A stretch of 64,000 nucleotides of DNA from an uncultured Gemmatimonadaceae bacterium (GCA_964437225.1 CAYTFY010000003.1:609077-673076), one strand, 5' to 3'; shown: positions 37,762 to 47,808, counted from the stretch's first letter. Notes: generated by a model not told the origin, from the sequence alone. Numbers and translations are program-made.

Positions 37762-39114
37762 ATGCGTCGTCGATATTCTTTGGTGATGACAGCTTGTGCG
37801 AGTTGGTTCGTCATTGTTGCGCTATTAGTTGGAACAGGTCCTGTTGCCTGTTCGTTGAATTCACTGCTCGATGGAAGCCAATCTGGAATCGATAGTACGA
37901 GTGTGGTTGATCCCGACATCGTCAAATCGTATACGGGAGCAGTTGGTATGTACTACGCGGCGATCTCATCGACGCGCATTGCGATCGGACAACAGGTGGC
38001 GGTTGTTGGGATGTTCACCGATGAGTTGAACGAGTCTGGTGGAAATCAGAATAAAACACTCGACGGACGTATCGCGACGGACTTATTGACTGGTGGTATT
38101 GTTGGGTCTTATGCGGGATTGCAGACCGCGCGTGTGCAAGCGGCACAAGCCAGCGCCGCATTGTTACGATATGGAACTCCCGCATCATATCCACTCGTTG
38201 GACATGCATACGCGCTGCAAGCGCATGCCATTACGTTGCTCGCGGAGATCTTTTGTTCGGGGATTCCACTAACTGAGGCTCCATTGGGAGGCACCCTGAC
38301 GTATACCCCAGGGTTCTCGACAACGGCCCTCCTCGAACGTGCCGCGGCGTTATTCGACACCGCATACCAATACGGCAAAGATAGCTTGCCTATCGCGACA
38401 TTCGCGAAAGTCGGGAAGGGGCGTGCGCTTCTCGATCTCGGGCGGTTCGCCGATGCACGCGCGGCTGTTTCCGACGTGGCGACAACCGCGCAATATCTGA
38501 TGGAATTTAGTGATCAGGAGCCATACATCCCTGTTGGGACATCGTTGGACGTGAATGAGAATCGAATCGCGACAGCGGACCGGGAGGGACGTAATGGCAT
38601 ACAATGGACTGCTCCAACACCGGCGCAACAAGATCCTCGGCTTCTGTTCGCAACGAATAGCGCCTCGTTTGTCGTTCCACTGAAAGAGCAGAAGTATCTC
38701 AGCGCCTCCGAGGTTGTTCCCATTGCTGATGGCATCCAGGCACGGATGATTGAGGCGGAAGCCAATCTGCAACCAGCGGAAGCGCCAAGTGGGATGTGGC
38801 TGCAAGCATTGAACGCGGCGCGTGCAACAGTTGGATTGCCGGATACGACCGATCCCGGAACAAAAGATGGCCGCATCAATCTCGTCTTTCGCGAACGCGC
38901 CTTTTGGTTTTATCTCAGGGCGCAACGTCTTGGCGACCTGCGCCGATTGGTGCGGCAGTACGGCCGGCAGCCTGTGCAAGTATATCCGACGGGGCCGTAT
39001 CCTTCTCCGAGTCTCGAAGTCCCGTCATACGGGTCGGAACTCGTCTTCGTTCCACCATTGAAAGAACAACAATACAATCCTTTGTACAAAGGGTGCATCA
39101 ACAAGAGCGCATGA
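37762..39114 (+). CDS. SusD/RagB-like lipoprotein (cassette 3)
   Basis: Start at MRRRYSLVMTACASWFVIVALLVGTGPVAC (lipobox). Contains ITLLAEIFCSGIPLTE and ERAFWFYLRAQRLGDLRRL. Confidence 0.75.
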   Translation: MRRRYSLVMTACASWFVIVALLVGTGPVACSLNSLLDGSQSGIDSTSVVDPDIVKSYTGAVGMYYAAISSTRIAIGQQVAVVGMFTDELNESGGNQNKTLDGRIATDLLTGGIVGSYAGLQTARVQAAQASAALLRYGTPASYPLVGHAYALQAHAITLLAEIFCSGIPLTEAPLGGTLTYTPGFSTTALLERAAALFDTAYQYGKDSLPIATFAKVGKGRALLDLGRFADARAAVSDVATTAQYLMEFSDQEPYIPVGTSLDVNENRIATADREGRNGIQWTAPTPAQQDPRLLFATNSASFVVPLKEQKYLSASEVVPIADGIQARMIEAEANLQPAEAPSGMWLQALNAARATVGLPDTTDPGTKDGRINLVFRERAFWFYLRAQRLGDLRRLVRQYGRQPVQVYPTGPYPSPSLEVPSYGSELVFVPPLKEQQYNPLYKGCINKSA

Positions 39115-40238
39115 TGATGATCATAAATCTTTCTCGTTCGCGTGCGAGGATACTTGGGATATCTCACTGCGGGATATCGCGCTACGCCGCGATGTGCATA
39201 GCGGCGGTGGTATTGATGTCGTCGCTATGGTCATGCGCGGACGCACTCTCGACGTCACCCGTGGCGCCAACCGAAGAAGTCCTGCATGAAATCGTCCTGA
39301 GCCCCAATGTGTTGACTATGGCGGTTGGGGATACGATGCGGATCACCGCGACTCCTCGAAATATCTTGGGGGATACACTTCCCGTAGATCCCAGCGAGCC
39401 CGTACAGTGGAGTACGCTCGATAACGACATCGTTTCGGTCGATGCCAATGGGGTCATCACCGCCCGAGCGTCCAACGACAACTTTGTGAACGTTACCGCA
39501 ACGTGGCACCACGGTGGTGTGACTCGGTCCGCGACCGTATCGATCAATGTGACCGCGATTCGATATTCAGTGGCGCACTTCGCGCTCATACCCAGAGACA
39601 GCGCGCGCGCGGGCGTAGGGTTTCCGATGTTTGTGCCAATGACCTATCTCGAGATCGGTACGGTCGACGCAGAGGGGGAGTCGTCGTTGGCTCCAGCGGT
39701 TGGTTTTGAATTCCACGATACGCTTGGGCAGATGATCCCTAATGGCTTCGGTGGAGTCAATCTGCAATATGAATCCGTAGGGCGATATTCGATTTCGACC
39801 TGGGGATCCGAACGCACCTACGGCAAGTTTTGGGTGATCGCGTATGCGACCATGTATGGCGTTCCCGTCCGCGACAGTATTGCGTTTGTGGGGCTGTATT
39901 CCACTGATGTCAGCATCGAGATTACCCAGGATCCTGTCACAGGGGTCTTGACGAGTTCGATGCAAGGTGGATCCGCGCAACTGCAGCCATGCGCGTTTGT
40001 CTCATTTGTTAATAGCTCACAAACACCACTCGATATCGTCTTCGACGATCCCAGCCAAGCCAAAGGGTGTACGACGGCGGATGATACCTCGAAAGGAAAT
40101 ATTCTCGGGATTGGCTACGGTGAGGGAGGAATTCGACAATTTCCTGTGGTTGGAACACGAACATGGTCTGCCCGTAACGCAACCACCGGCGCGGTCATTC
40201 CACGAATAAACGGAACACTCGTGTTCCGTGAACCATAG
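39111..40238 (+). CDS. Big_2-like / cupredoxin-like surface lipoprotein (cassette 3)
   Basis: A triple ATG overlaps the SusD TGA. Lipobox VLMSSLWSC. Big_2 strand LTMAVGDTMRITATPRNILGD. C-terminus FVSFVNSSQTPLDIVFDDP...VVGTRTWSARN...INGTLVFREP. Confidence 0.7.
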   Translation: MMMIINLSRSRARILGISHCGISRYAAMCIAAVVLMSSLWSCADALSTSPVAPTEEVLHEIVLSPNVLTMAVGDTMRITATPRNILGDTLPVDPSEPVQWSTLDNDIVSVDANGVITARASNDNFVNVTATWHHGGVTRSATVSINVTAIRYSVAHFALIPRDSARAGVGFPMFVPMTYLEIGTVDAEGESSLAPAVGFEFHDTLGQMIPNGFGGVNLQYESVGRYSISTWGSERTYGKFWVIAYATMYGVPVRDSIAFVGLYSTDVSIEITQDPVTGVLTSSMQGGSAQLQPCAFVSFVNSSQTPLDIVFDDPSQAKGCTTADDTSKGNILGIGYGEGGIRQFPVVGTRTWSARNATTGAVIPRINGTLVFREP

Positions 40239-40249
40239 ACCATCACTGT

Positions 40250-41872
40250 ATGTCATATACTCGTCGCGATCTTCTCAAACGTAGTGGTACCCTAGCCGCA
40301 TTAGGGACTATCGGTACGCTGCCGCACCCGCTCTACGCCATGCTTCCCCGGGAGCACCGTCGTATTCCGCACAATGTCATCTCGCTCCTTGCCGATCCGA
40401 ACGTCAAGGCGTTGAGTGATGTGGCGTTGAACGCCGCGAAGAGCGCTGGCGCGGTGTACGCGGACGTGCGCTTTACACATACCTTCACCCGTGACGTATC
40501 GATCGGCTCGGTGTGGGATTCTGAATCGATGACCTTGGGTGTGCGCGCATTGGTGGAGGGGTATTGGGGTTTTGCCGCCAGCCCCATCTGGACCCCCGAC
40601 GAAGCGGCGCGACTCGCGCGGGCGGCGGTGGAGAATGCCAAGGCCAATACCTTGGGAAAACCTCGAGTCATCGAATTAGCGCCAGTGGCGGCGATCGACA
40701 ACGGGCAGTGGAGTACCCCAATCAAAGACGATCCGTTTATCACGAGCGAAGATGAAATTGGCGATTTCTTGACGGGATTGTTGTCGTTTATCCAAAAGCT
40801 CCCGCACGTGGGCTCTGCCTATACAGTCGCGACATTCATCAGACAGGACAAAGCGTATGCGTCCACCGAAAATCAATTTGTGACGCAGCGGTTCTACCAA
40901 ACGCAGGGGATTGCCCAATTCGTAGTCATAAAAAATCAAGAACGGCAGAAAGGGGTAGCACTTGATACGATCACTCCTGCGGGGCTGGGGTTCGAATATC
41001 TGCGGGAACAACCACTTCGGGATCAAATCGTCGCGCGGCACGAAGAGGCGATGAAGGATATGGAGCTCCCGCTGAAACCCGTGGATGTGGGACGGTACGC
41101 ATTGGTGTTCGATGCGCCGAGCGTTGCGCAGTTGGTGAGTGCCACCATTGGGAGCGCGACCGAATTGGATCGGGCGATGGGCTACGAGGCGAATGCAGGT
41201 GGTACCAGTTACATCACTGATCCGCAAGCGATGATCGGGACACTCAAAATTGGCGCGCCGGCACTCACGGTAACAGGTAATCGAATGGAAGCCGCTGGTG
41301 CGGCCACCGTCAAATGGGATGATGAAGGTGTCTCCCCCCGGGAGTTCACGGTGGTGAAAGACGGGATCCTCACCGATATGCAGACGAATCGCGAAGGCGC
41401 AGGGTGGCTCAAGGAACAGTACGCAAAACGAAACCTTCCCTTTGCCTCGCACGGATGCGCGTATGCCCCGGAGGGGATTCATGTGCCGCTCACGCACTGC
41501 GCAAATTTGAGAATGCAGGCGGCCACGACTGATGCGACCTTCGAGACCTTGATTGCCAATACGACAAAAGGGCTCGCGATCAAACGCGCCAGTGTCGATA
41601 TGGATTTCCAACAGGTCACTGGGCTCGGCGGCGGTGAAACGTTCGAAATCAAAAACGGGAAACGTGTCGCGGAAATTCAAGGTGCGGGATTCCTCTTTCG
41701 AACACCAGAACTATGGACGGCACTCGCCGCCGTCGGTGGCTCTGCGAGTCTCCGACGGTTTGGGATCGAAGCAACGAAAGGACAGCCGGAACAAACGTCG
41801 ACACGGAGTGTCACGGCACCACCTATCGCGATCAAAGAACTGTCGATTATCGATCCAACGCGGAAAGCATAA
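40250..41872 (+). CDS. Tat-signal TldD-like protein, HExxxH-less (cassette 3)
   Basis: Tat leader MSYTRRDLLKRSGTLAALGTIG. Contains GAVYADVRFTH...LGVRALVEGYWGFAAS, LVSATIGSATELDRAMGYEANAGGTSYI and KGQPEQTSTRSVTAPPIAI. Confidence 0.85.
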   Translation: MSYTRRDLLKRSGTLAALGTIGTLPHPLYAMLPREHRRIPHNVISLLADPNVKALSDVALNAAKSAGAVYADVRFTHTFTRDVSIGSVWDSESMTLGVRALVEGYWGFAASPIWTPDEAARLARAAVENAKANTLGKPRVIELAPVAAIDNGQWSTPIKDDPFITSEDEIGDFLTGLLSFIQKLPHVGSAYTVATFIRQDKAYASTENQFVTQRFYQTQGIAQFVVIKNQERQKGVALDTITPAGLGFEYLREQPLRDQIVARHEEAMKDMELPLKPVDVGRYALVFDAPSVAQLVSATIGSATELDRAMGYEANAGGTSYITDPQAMIGTLKIGAPALTVTGNRMEAAGAATVKWDDEGVSPREFTVVKDGILTDMQTNREGAGWLKEQYAKRNLPFASHGCAYAPEGIHVPLTHCANLRMQAATTDATFETLIANTTKGLAIKRASVDMDFQQVTGLGGGETFEIKNGKRVAEIQGAGFLFRTPELWTALAAVGGSASLRRFGIEATKGQPEQTSTRSVTAPPIAIKELSIIDPTRKA

Positions 41873-41874
41873 CG

Positions 41875-43353
41875 ATGCCCAAACTCATGAATGTACAGGA
41901 CACTGCGCAAGAGAAGGAGAAGAAAGTCTTCCTCCGTGACGAAACAGAGCGTCTTCTCAAGCGCCTTGAGTCGTTGACGGAAAGTGGGGGAAGTTCCTTC
42001 TTTGTCGTATCGAACTATTGGCAAGGCGAACTGCGCTGGGCCCGCAATCGCGCGAGCATGACCAGCGACCGGCGCGATACCACCATTTCTGTCAACCGAA
42101 CAATCCGCGGGGGGAGTGGAGGCGCGATGACGAATCAACTGGACGATGCGTCGTTGATAGGCGCTATTCGCTCAGCGGAACGGCGCGCCTTGAAATACGC
42201 CAATCGTGCGACGCAAGACATGGCATTCGATCTGCCCTCGTTGTCGGCGATGCAGACCACCACGTGGAGCGATGCCACGCTCGCACGTACGATGCAAGAG
42301 CGTGCGGCTTTTGTGCAAGCGGTTACGGAAGAAGCGGAGCACAATACGTTGCTTTCTGCAGGCTATTTAGAATCGCGTGGAGTTGCGGTCGGCTCATTCG
42401 TGATCGATGAATATGGTCGTAAGGAGTCATTCTATGGTCAGATGACACAAGCCCAATGCTCCGCGACGGTACGACATCCGCAAGGGACCAGCTCGGGCTG
42501 GGCCGGGCTCTCTGGATATGATATTACGAAGATCGACGAGCAATCCATCGCCAAACGCGCGCTCGATAAATGTCTGTCGTCGCTCAATCCCGTGCGGATC
42601 GAACCTGGGCGCTACACCACGATCTTAGAACCACAAGCTGTCGCGGATTTGATGGAGATTTTGATGGGGGCGGTCGATCGATATTCCCCCGAACACGTGC
42701 CCCCTAATATTCCGCCGAACATGCCGGCGGGAACGCCATTCTTCTTGCAATACGATGCGACGGTGAGCCGAGATCGCAGTAAACTCGGGCAACGCATGAT
42801 CGATGAACGGATTACGGTCAGTCATGATCCGTCAGATCCGCTCTTAGGCGTCCTGCCCGTCAAAAATGTCAAACCGATCACGTGGTTCAAGAACGGCGTC
42901 TTGCAAACGTTGAACTACGACCGTGGGTATGCGCTTAATGAGTTGAATGACAACGAAGCGGCCAGCGGACGCGCCGCATACCGGATGTCTGGTAGCACGA
43001 CCACCATGGACGAAATGATCGCAACCACCAAGCGTGGCTTGATTGTGACTCGACTTGCCTCGGTACGGATGGTAGATCGAGGTAGTTTGCTTTCGACCGG
43101 ATTAACGCGCGACGGGCTTTGGCTTGTAGAAAACGGAAAGATATCCAAAGCCGTCCGTAACTTCCGGTTCACCGAATCACCGCTCTTTGTACTCAATAAT
43201 GTGGTGGATTTAGGTGTCCCGACTCCAGTGTTTCGTCCCTCACGGAGGCCACAATATGCGGGATTTGCTCCTGTCAATGGACTCATGTCGGCTATCGTTC
43301 CACCACTCAAAGTCAATGACTTTAGCTTTACGTCAACCGTTGACGCAATATGA
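41875..43353 (+). CDS. PmbA/TldE-like protein, no signal peptide (cassette 3)
   Basis: Start at MPKLMNVQDT, 2 nt after the TldD-like stop. Contains YWQGELRWARNRASMTSDRRD, GRYTTILEPQAV, ITVSHDPSDP, KRGLIVTRL and RFTESPLFVLNN. Confidence 0.85.
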   Translation: MPKLMNVQDTAQEKEKKVFLRDETERLLKRLESLTESGGSSFFVVSNYWQGELRWARNRASMTSDRRDTTISVNRTIRGGSGGAMTNQLDDASLIGAIRSAERRALKYANRATQDMAFDLPSLSAMQTTTWSDATLARTMQERAAFVQAVTEEAEHNTLLSAGYLESRGVAVGSFVIDEYGRKESFYGQMTQAQCSATVRHPQGTSSGWAGLSGYDITKIDEQSIAKRALDKCLSSLNPVRIEPGRYTTILEPQAVADLMEILMGAVDRYSPEHVPPNIPPNMPAGTPFFLQYDATVSRDRSKLGQRMIDERITVSHDPSDPLLGVLPVKNVKPITWFKNGVLQTLNYDRGYALNELNDNEAASGRAAYRMSGSTTTMDEMIATTKRGLIVTRLASVRMVDRGSLLSTGLTRDGLWLVENGKISKAVRNFRFTESPLFVLNNVVDLGVPTPVFRPSRRPQYAGFAPVNGLMSAIVPPLKVNDFSFTSTVDAI

Positions 43354-44960
43354 TACCGAAGTGCGAATTCAATAGTCAAAGATCATCAATACAACCTTGT
43401 GGCACGCGGCGAAGTCTTGTATCGCGTCATAACGATATTCGCTGGATGATCCTACGTGTTATGGACATCTCTATTTCGAATGCATCAATTATACGGACAC
43501 GCAGCAAACGATCGAGATTCATGCTGTTGTGGATGATTCCTGCAATGTTGTGTCTGGGGCCTAGTGTTAGTGTGGTCAATGCACAAACACTCTTTCAGCC
43601 ATACGATACCATCCCCGCGCTATCGCGCTATCGTTCCGTCGAAGAGTGTCTTGCGGCCGTCTCGCGCGTGGCGGGTAGTGCGGCGTTAGCGCGTCCTGAG
43701 TTTCCGGATACCATGCCGTTCCGAAAAGGTGTAGGGCGAGATTCAACGGACATGGCCGCGGTCGCGGTCGCGGGGCAATGTGCTACACAATTTAACCCGG
43801 ATTCTGTCGTCTTGACCGGTGCGGTCGAGACGTATAGCGACTGGATACAACTGTATCTCACAGCCAATCGGGATGACGCGGCGGTTCGAGTCGTCCAACG
43901 TCGTGTCGCCAATGCTCGGCAACACCCCAAAACGCCACGTGATTTGTACGATGTGTTGATGGGGATCATGGGTGCATATGGAGACGCCCGTCCGATGCGG
44001 TGGGACAAGGTGCAAGAAACCGGTGTACAACTCGAAGCAAAAGGCGTGGCACCGGGGCCGATGGAGTTATACAAGGTGTATGTGACACAATATCAGCTTG
44101 CGGAAACGATGAACGATACCGTTGTCCAAACGACGATGGCCGAACGCATGCTCTCGACCGCAGAGACGATGCTTCCAGAGGTCAAAAACCGGCCGGAATT
44201 CATGTTCGTGCGCTACATGAACTTCGGTGCGGCCAGCTTTCTAACACGCGCCGCACTCATGGACAGTTTACGCCGAGGTCCTGAGGCTTATGTCGCTCTC
44301 GCACGTGCCAATTGGAAGAAAGTCGCAGAAAGCTCGATGTTCCCAATTCCCATGATGATCGGCGAAAAAGCGTTACCGCTCACCGCTGATTTTTGGGTTT
44401 CCTCGAGCACCGCTCCCGTGACCACCACCAGTGATCATCCCCGCCCATCGCCTGGAAAGATCGCACTCGTGGTCTTTCTCCGTGAAGGGTGTAATGCAAG
44501 AACGCCGATATTTTCCGGAGGATTGGACCGTGCCACCTTTGTGGATTCTTGCTGGGGCACGTATACGAGTCTTCGCCGTCTCGCGCAACGATTTCCATCA
44601 CTTGAAATCACGCTCGTCTCGCGGACGATGGGTTACATCGGTAATACCGGTCCAATGTCGCCACAGGACGAAGCGTTGGTATTACAGAAATGGTGGTTAG
44701 GATTCCATAAGTTATCCGTGACTCTGGCAATCACGAATACCCAATTCTTCCGGCTCGAGGGCGTCGACCGCCGCCGCATCGATCAACCAGTGGCGAACGA
44801 CGTCAACTATCTCTTTGGACAAGGGCAGGGCGGGAATGAGGTTGGATCCCAGATGTCGTATCTCATCGATACCAATGGGATGGTCATCTACTCGGGTGGG
44901 CTGGCCCAGGAATGGATCTTCACTCAAATGCTCGACGTGATCATGCAACGGGGGAAGTGA
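43350..44960 (+). CDS. Cassette-terminal secreted protein; helical N-domain plus thioredoxin-like C-domain (cassette 3)
   Basis: The ORF begins with an ATGA overlap, but the signal-like segment (FMLLWMIPAMLCLGPSVSVVNAQ) suggests a start at 43461 or 43521. Contains SRYRSVEECLAAVSRV and IALVVFLREGC...LEITLVSRT...LEGVDRRRIDQP...YLIDTNGMVIYSG. Confidence 0.7.
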   Translation: MIPKCEFNSQRSSIQPCGTRRSLVSRHNDIRWMILRVMDISISNASIIRTRSKRSRFMLLWMIPAMLCLGPSVSVVNAQTLFQPYDTIPALSRYRSVEECLAAVSRVAGSAALARPEFPDTMPFRKGVGRDSTDMAAVAVAGQCATQFNPDSVVLTGAVETYSDWIQLYLTANRDDAAVRVVQRRVANARQHPKTPRDLYDVLMGIMGAYGDARPMRWDKVQETGVQLEAKGVAPGPMELYKVYVTQYQLAETMNDTVVQTTMAERMLSTAETMLPEVKNRPEFMFVRYMNFGAASFLTRAALMDSLRRGPEAYVALARANWKKVAESSMFPIPMMIGEKALPLTADFWVSSSTAPVTTTSDHPRPSPGKIALVVFLREGCNARTPIFSGGLDRATFVDSCWGTYTSLRRLAQRFPSLEITLVSRTMGYIGNTGPMSPQDEALVLQKWWLGFHKLSVTLAITNTQFFRLEGVDRRRIDQPVANDVNYLFGQGQGGNEVGSQMSYLIDTNGMVIYSGGLAQEWIFTQMLDVIMQRGK

Positions 44961-45547
44961 TTGAGGGGCGGTGGGCTCGAAATAGGAGTAATGAGTGACA
45001 ATTAACGTTAACTTGTCGGATTTCAGAGGGGAGATTGAGCATCGGCGCTGGTCTCTTCGTGACTCGATGTCCGAAATTTGTATACATTTTACGGACAATG
45101 TCTACTCCATCTTTGAAACGCGATATTGAGGCTCGTATGACTCAACAAGCGCCATTTGGTGTTTGGACACCCGCCGATTTTCTTGATCTTGGCCCGCGGG
45201 TGCGATTCGCCGCCTGTCGCAGGGCATACGTGATCTGCTCGTCTGAAAATCTCGACCGCTTCATCGTGCATCCTCCAAATATGTGGTTGAGGAGCCCGAC
45301 GGAATTTACTCTAGTTTAGCCGTGTCCCGCTTTCCGGGGGAACGTCATGGGGGAGTCGTGAAAGCGTGGGAAGAGAGTGGACTACTTAAATCGTTGAGCT
45401 CACGCGAGGCCGTTGGGTAACGTTACCCGTCCGATAGAGTTGTATGTCACCTCAGGCAGGGGATTCTGACTTGTACATAGTTGTTACGTCTATTTTGCTA
45501 TGCTAAAATGGCAAAATCCGTTACAAAAACACGAGCCCAAGCGCGGT

Positions 45548-45778
45548 TCATTCATTATGCATAGTCCTCAGGTACAACTGCTCGACTTTCGTACGCGCCC
45601 ACGGCGTCTTTCGTAGAAACTTGAGACTCGACGCGATACTGGGATCGCTCGTAAAACACCGAATATTGATGTGTTGACCCATTTCATCCCAGCCTAAAAT
45701 GCTCACTAATTCAGTCAGCATCCGCTTCAGCGTGATGCCATGCAGCGGATTGTTTGTTGTACTATGCGAATCGGCCAT
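45548..45778 (-). CDS. VF530/DUF2132-family small DNA-binding protein
   Basis: The 76-aa ORF ([61 protein letters not shown]) matches the remembered DUF2132 consensus almost along its full length. Confidence 0.75.
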   Translation of the reverse strand: MADSHSTTNNPLHGITLKRMLTELVSILGWDEMGQHINIRCFTSDPSIASSLKFLRKTPWARTKVEQLYLRTMHNE

Positions 45779-46195
45779 GATACAATTTGTACGAATTTAC
45801 GCTTGGGCGCATCTCCCACTCGTCGCACTATCGGGATTTCGGAGGCCATCGAAGCCGAGATCCCGATGATCATCGGAAAACTAGGAAGATAAAGCGCTCG
45901 ACAGGCCTCTCTCATCCGTCTCGTACGGGTCCCATAGGCCGTCACCACATAATTCATAAACAGATTGCCGAAATCAGTGGATTTCTAGGGGCTGAGGTGT
46001 GAGAATCTTGGCGTAATGAGTCGATCGTTATGCTGGGCAATAGTAGTAAACGATTGCTGATCGAAGCATTCGCAGGAGACTAACGCTATGTGGCCGAAGC
46101 GGAAGCTGTTTCCGCAATGGTGTATCTTGCCATCGATGTATGGGTCGAAAGCCACTTTGCGGAATGGATTGCGAAGTATCTCGAGGTGAGGTTCA

Positions 46196-47140
46196 CTATT
46201 TCCAACTCGGGCTATCCATCTCCGTCGCATACAGCAGTGGGACGACTTGTCCTGTCGTCACGCGGACCAATACCAAATACGTCCCTTCGACCGCCCCATC
46301 GTAGGTGTTACCGTCCGGCCCGCCATTTAACACTAGCCACCGACTATCCGGCGACCACGCGATGGACTGTCGCGCAAAGCGTTGCCCGTAGGCCTGCCCC
46401 AGGGATACAATCGCGCGCCGGTTCGATCCGTCAGGATTCATGACCATGAGCGTGCCATCAGATGCCGATAAGTACGCTACATATGCCCCGTTCGGCGACC
46501 ACGAAGGATAGACGCCGTTGACACCGACCGGCTTTAAGGTGCCGGTCGCGACGTCGATGATGCGGATCATCGAATATCCCGCGCTGTCCGTGACGAACGC
46601 GACCCGGCCTCCATCGGGCGAGGGGGCCGGGCTGAACGCCGGTACCTGTGCTTGCGACTGGGCCATGGAGAAAGCCGTCGCGTTCGAACCCTGTGTATTT
46701 GTGCGGTACAAACAATAATTGCTCTCCGAGCACTCCGTGGTGTGCCCGGCGAAGTAAACCCACTTGCCGTTGGCGGTCGGCATCGGTGCGTCCGCATTAA
46801 TAATGCTGGGTGCTGCGGAAGTCAGGAACGGCGTACCAGGCCTTATCACGCGAGCGTTCGCATTCGTCCGCATCAGGGTGATCGGTCCAGATGCGAGTGT
46901 TTGCGTATACACAATGATATTCGTTCCCGGAATTCAGCGCGGGGAACCAAGGCTCGCCCCTGTCACTGCCGTGACAACCGTGTCCATATTGGAACCGTCC
47001 AGATTGAATGCGACGATGTACGGTCCCCGTCGCGCAACGAGACGTGATGTTGGGGACGGATTCTCTATTGGTGCCGTCCCATCGTTTCCGCATCCCAGGC
47101 TCAGGAGGCATACCACTACCGATAAGGAAAGTCTTTTCAT
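46196..47140 (-). pseudogene. PD40/TolB-like beta-propeller lipoprotein interrupted by an in-frame TGA (46934-46936)
   Basis: Lipoprotein signal MKRLSLSVVVCLLSLGC. PD40 repeats (SPAPSPDGGRVAFV, YPSWSPNGAYVAYL, SIAWSPDSRWLVL). ORFs 46934-47293 and 46196-46912 are in the same frame and are separated only by the TGA in ...GSPR*IPGTNIIVY. Confidence 0.7.
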
Positions 47141-47146
47141 GGCTGA

Positions 47147-47269
47147 AAAATACCAAAATCCGACGCGGTCCGTGTAATTGCGGACTGGATCCAGTTCTAT
47201 AACACGTGTCGTCGATCCAAGTGTTGGCGATGAAAAACCCCTGTCGAAGCGTTCGCTTTCGCAGCTTGA
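47147..47269 (+). mobile_element. Degenerate C-terminal remnant of a DDE (rve-type, IS3/IS481-like) transposase
   Basis: The translation is AVRVIADWIQFYNTCRRSKCWR*KTPVEAFAFAA. The integrase-core tail consensus is ..W..FYN..RPH..LG..TP.E.F. The remnant has an internal stop and no upstream catalytic domain. Confidence 0.5.
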
Positions 47270-47356
47270 TCTGTGCAGATTCTGCAGGGTCACTACAATA
47301 GGCAGAGAGTCTTGTTTGACGAATGATCGTTCATAAACATCCTAGCACCGACCGCT

Positions 47357-47808
47357 ATGCCGACCGAGCAACACCTCGAGATTTACCGACAACACCGTGC
47401 CGTACAGGAGAAGTATGTCTACTCCTTGCTGGCGTCCGTCGGGGCGGCAATCGCGCTTGCGGTCACTCGAACGCAGGGCGCGAGCTTGGCTTGGTCACAA
47501 ATGCCGCTCGCATTTGCGGTCCTCCTTTGGGGCTCAGCTTTTACTTTGGGTGTCGGCATCTCGTTTATGTTGAGTCCACCCTTTTTGCAAATGCTGCACT
47601 GCTGAAGGTTGAAGCCGGTGAACATCCGGAAGTAGGTCGCCATCCTCAACTCATGGCGGCAGCGAATGAAGGCATACGCTCTGCCATCGAGTCCAACTCA
47701 AATTGTGCCAGTCGGTTCGCGCGCTTGCAGTTTCGCTTTCTTGTATTGGGTGCGATAAGCTACCTCGGCTGGCATGTCTATGAAATGTTTCTTCGTGCCG
47801 TCTCGTAG
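47357..47808 (+). pseudogene. Small 3-TM membrane protein, apparently frameshifted near 47575-47590
   Basis: The frame from 47357 gives MPTEQHLEIYRQH... followed by two clean TM helices, then stops at 47605. The +2 frame continues with a plausible coding tail (LKVEAGEHPEV...LQFRFLVLGAISYLGWHVYEMF) to 47808. The junction lies at a ccaccctttttg homopolymer run. Confidence 0.35.

Noticed and set aside
40676-41680. A 334-aa ORF antisense to the cassette 3 TldD-like gene. Similar long antisense ORFs occur at 12535-13341, 18317-19051, 25742-26503, 38350-38979, 9822-10442 and 56903-57643.
   Set aside because: All lie fully inside strongly supported sense genes. They are Arg/Ser/Pro/His-rich with no recognisable motifs, and are typical shadow ORFs of mid-to-high G+C coding DNA.
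45035-45420. A small ORF (MSTPSLKRDIEARMTQQAPFGVWTPADFLDLGPR...) that resembles the N-terminal wHTH of AbiEi/DUF6088-type antitoxins. The continuation may be frameshifted.
   Set aside because: Only about 35 residues fit a loosely remembered pattern, and the downstream frames do not restore a convincing domain. This is too weak to annotate, though a BLASTX check is worthwhile.
45414-45520. A perfect 14-nt palindrome gggtaacgttaccc (45414-45427) and an attttgc/gcaaaat hairpin (about 45493-45520) downstream of the VF530 gene.
   Set aside because: These are plausibly just a terminator hairpin and a chance palindrome. They have no repeats elsewhere in the window and no associated feature to explain.
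45727-46230. Two short minus-strand ORFs (45985-46230 and 45727-45957) between the VF530 and PD40 genes.
   Set aside because: They have no recognisable motifs, overlap neighbouring genes and are compositionally unconvincing. They may be a decayed gene, but this cannot be supported.
46934-46936. The in-frame TGA in the PD40 gene as selenocysteine or as TGA-to-Trp recoding.
   Set aside because: TGA is used as an ordinary stop by many genes in the window, for example at 403, 16114, 21066 and 28583. No obvious SECIS-like hairpin follows. A nonsense mutation or sequencing error is the simpler explanation.
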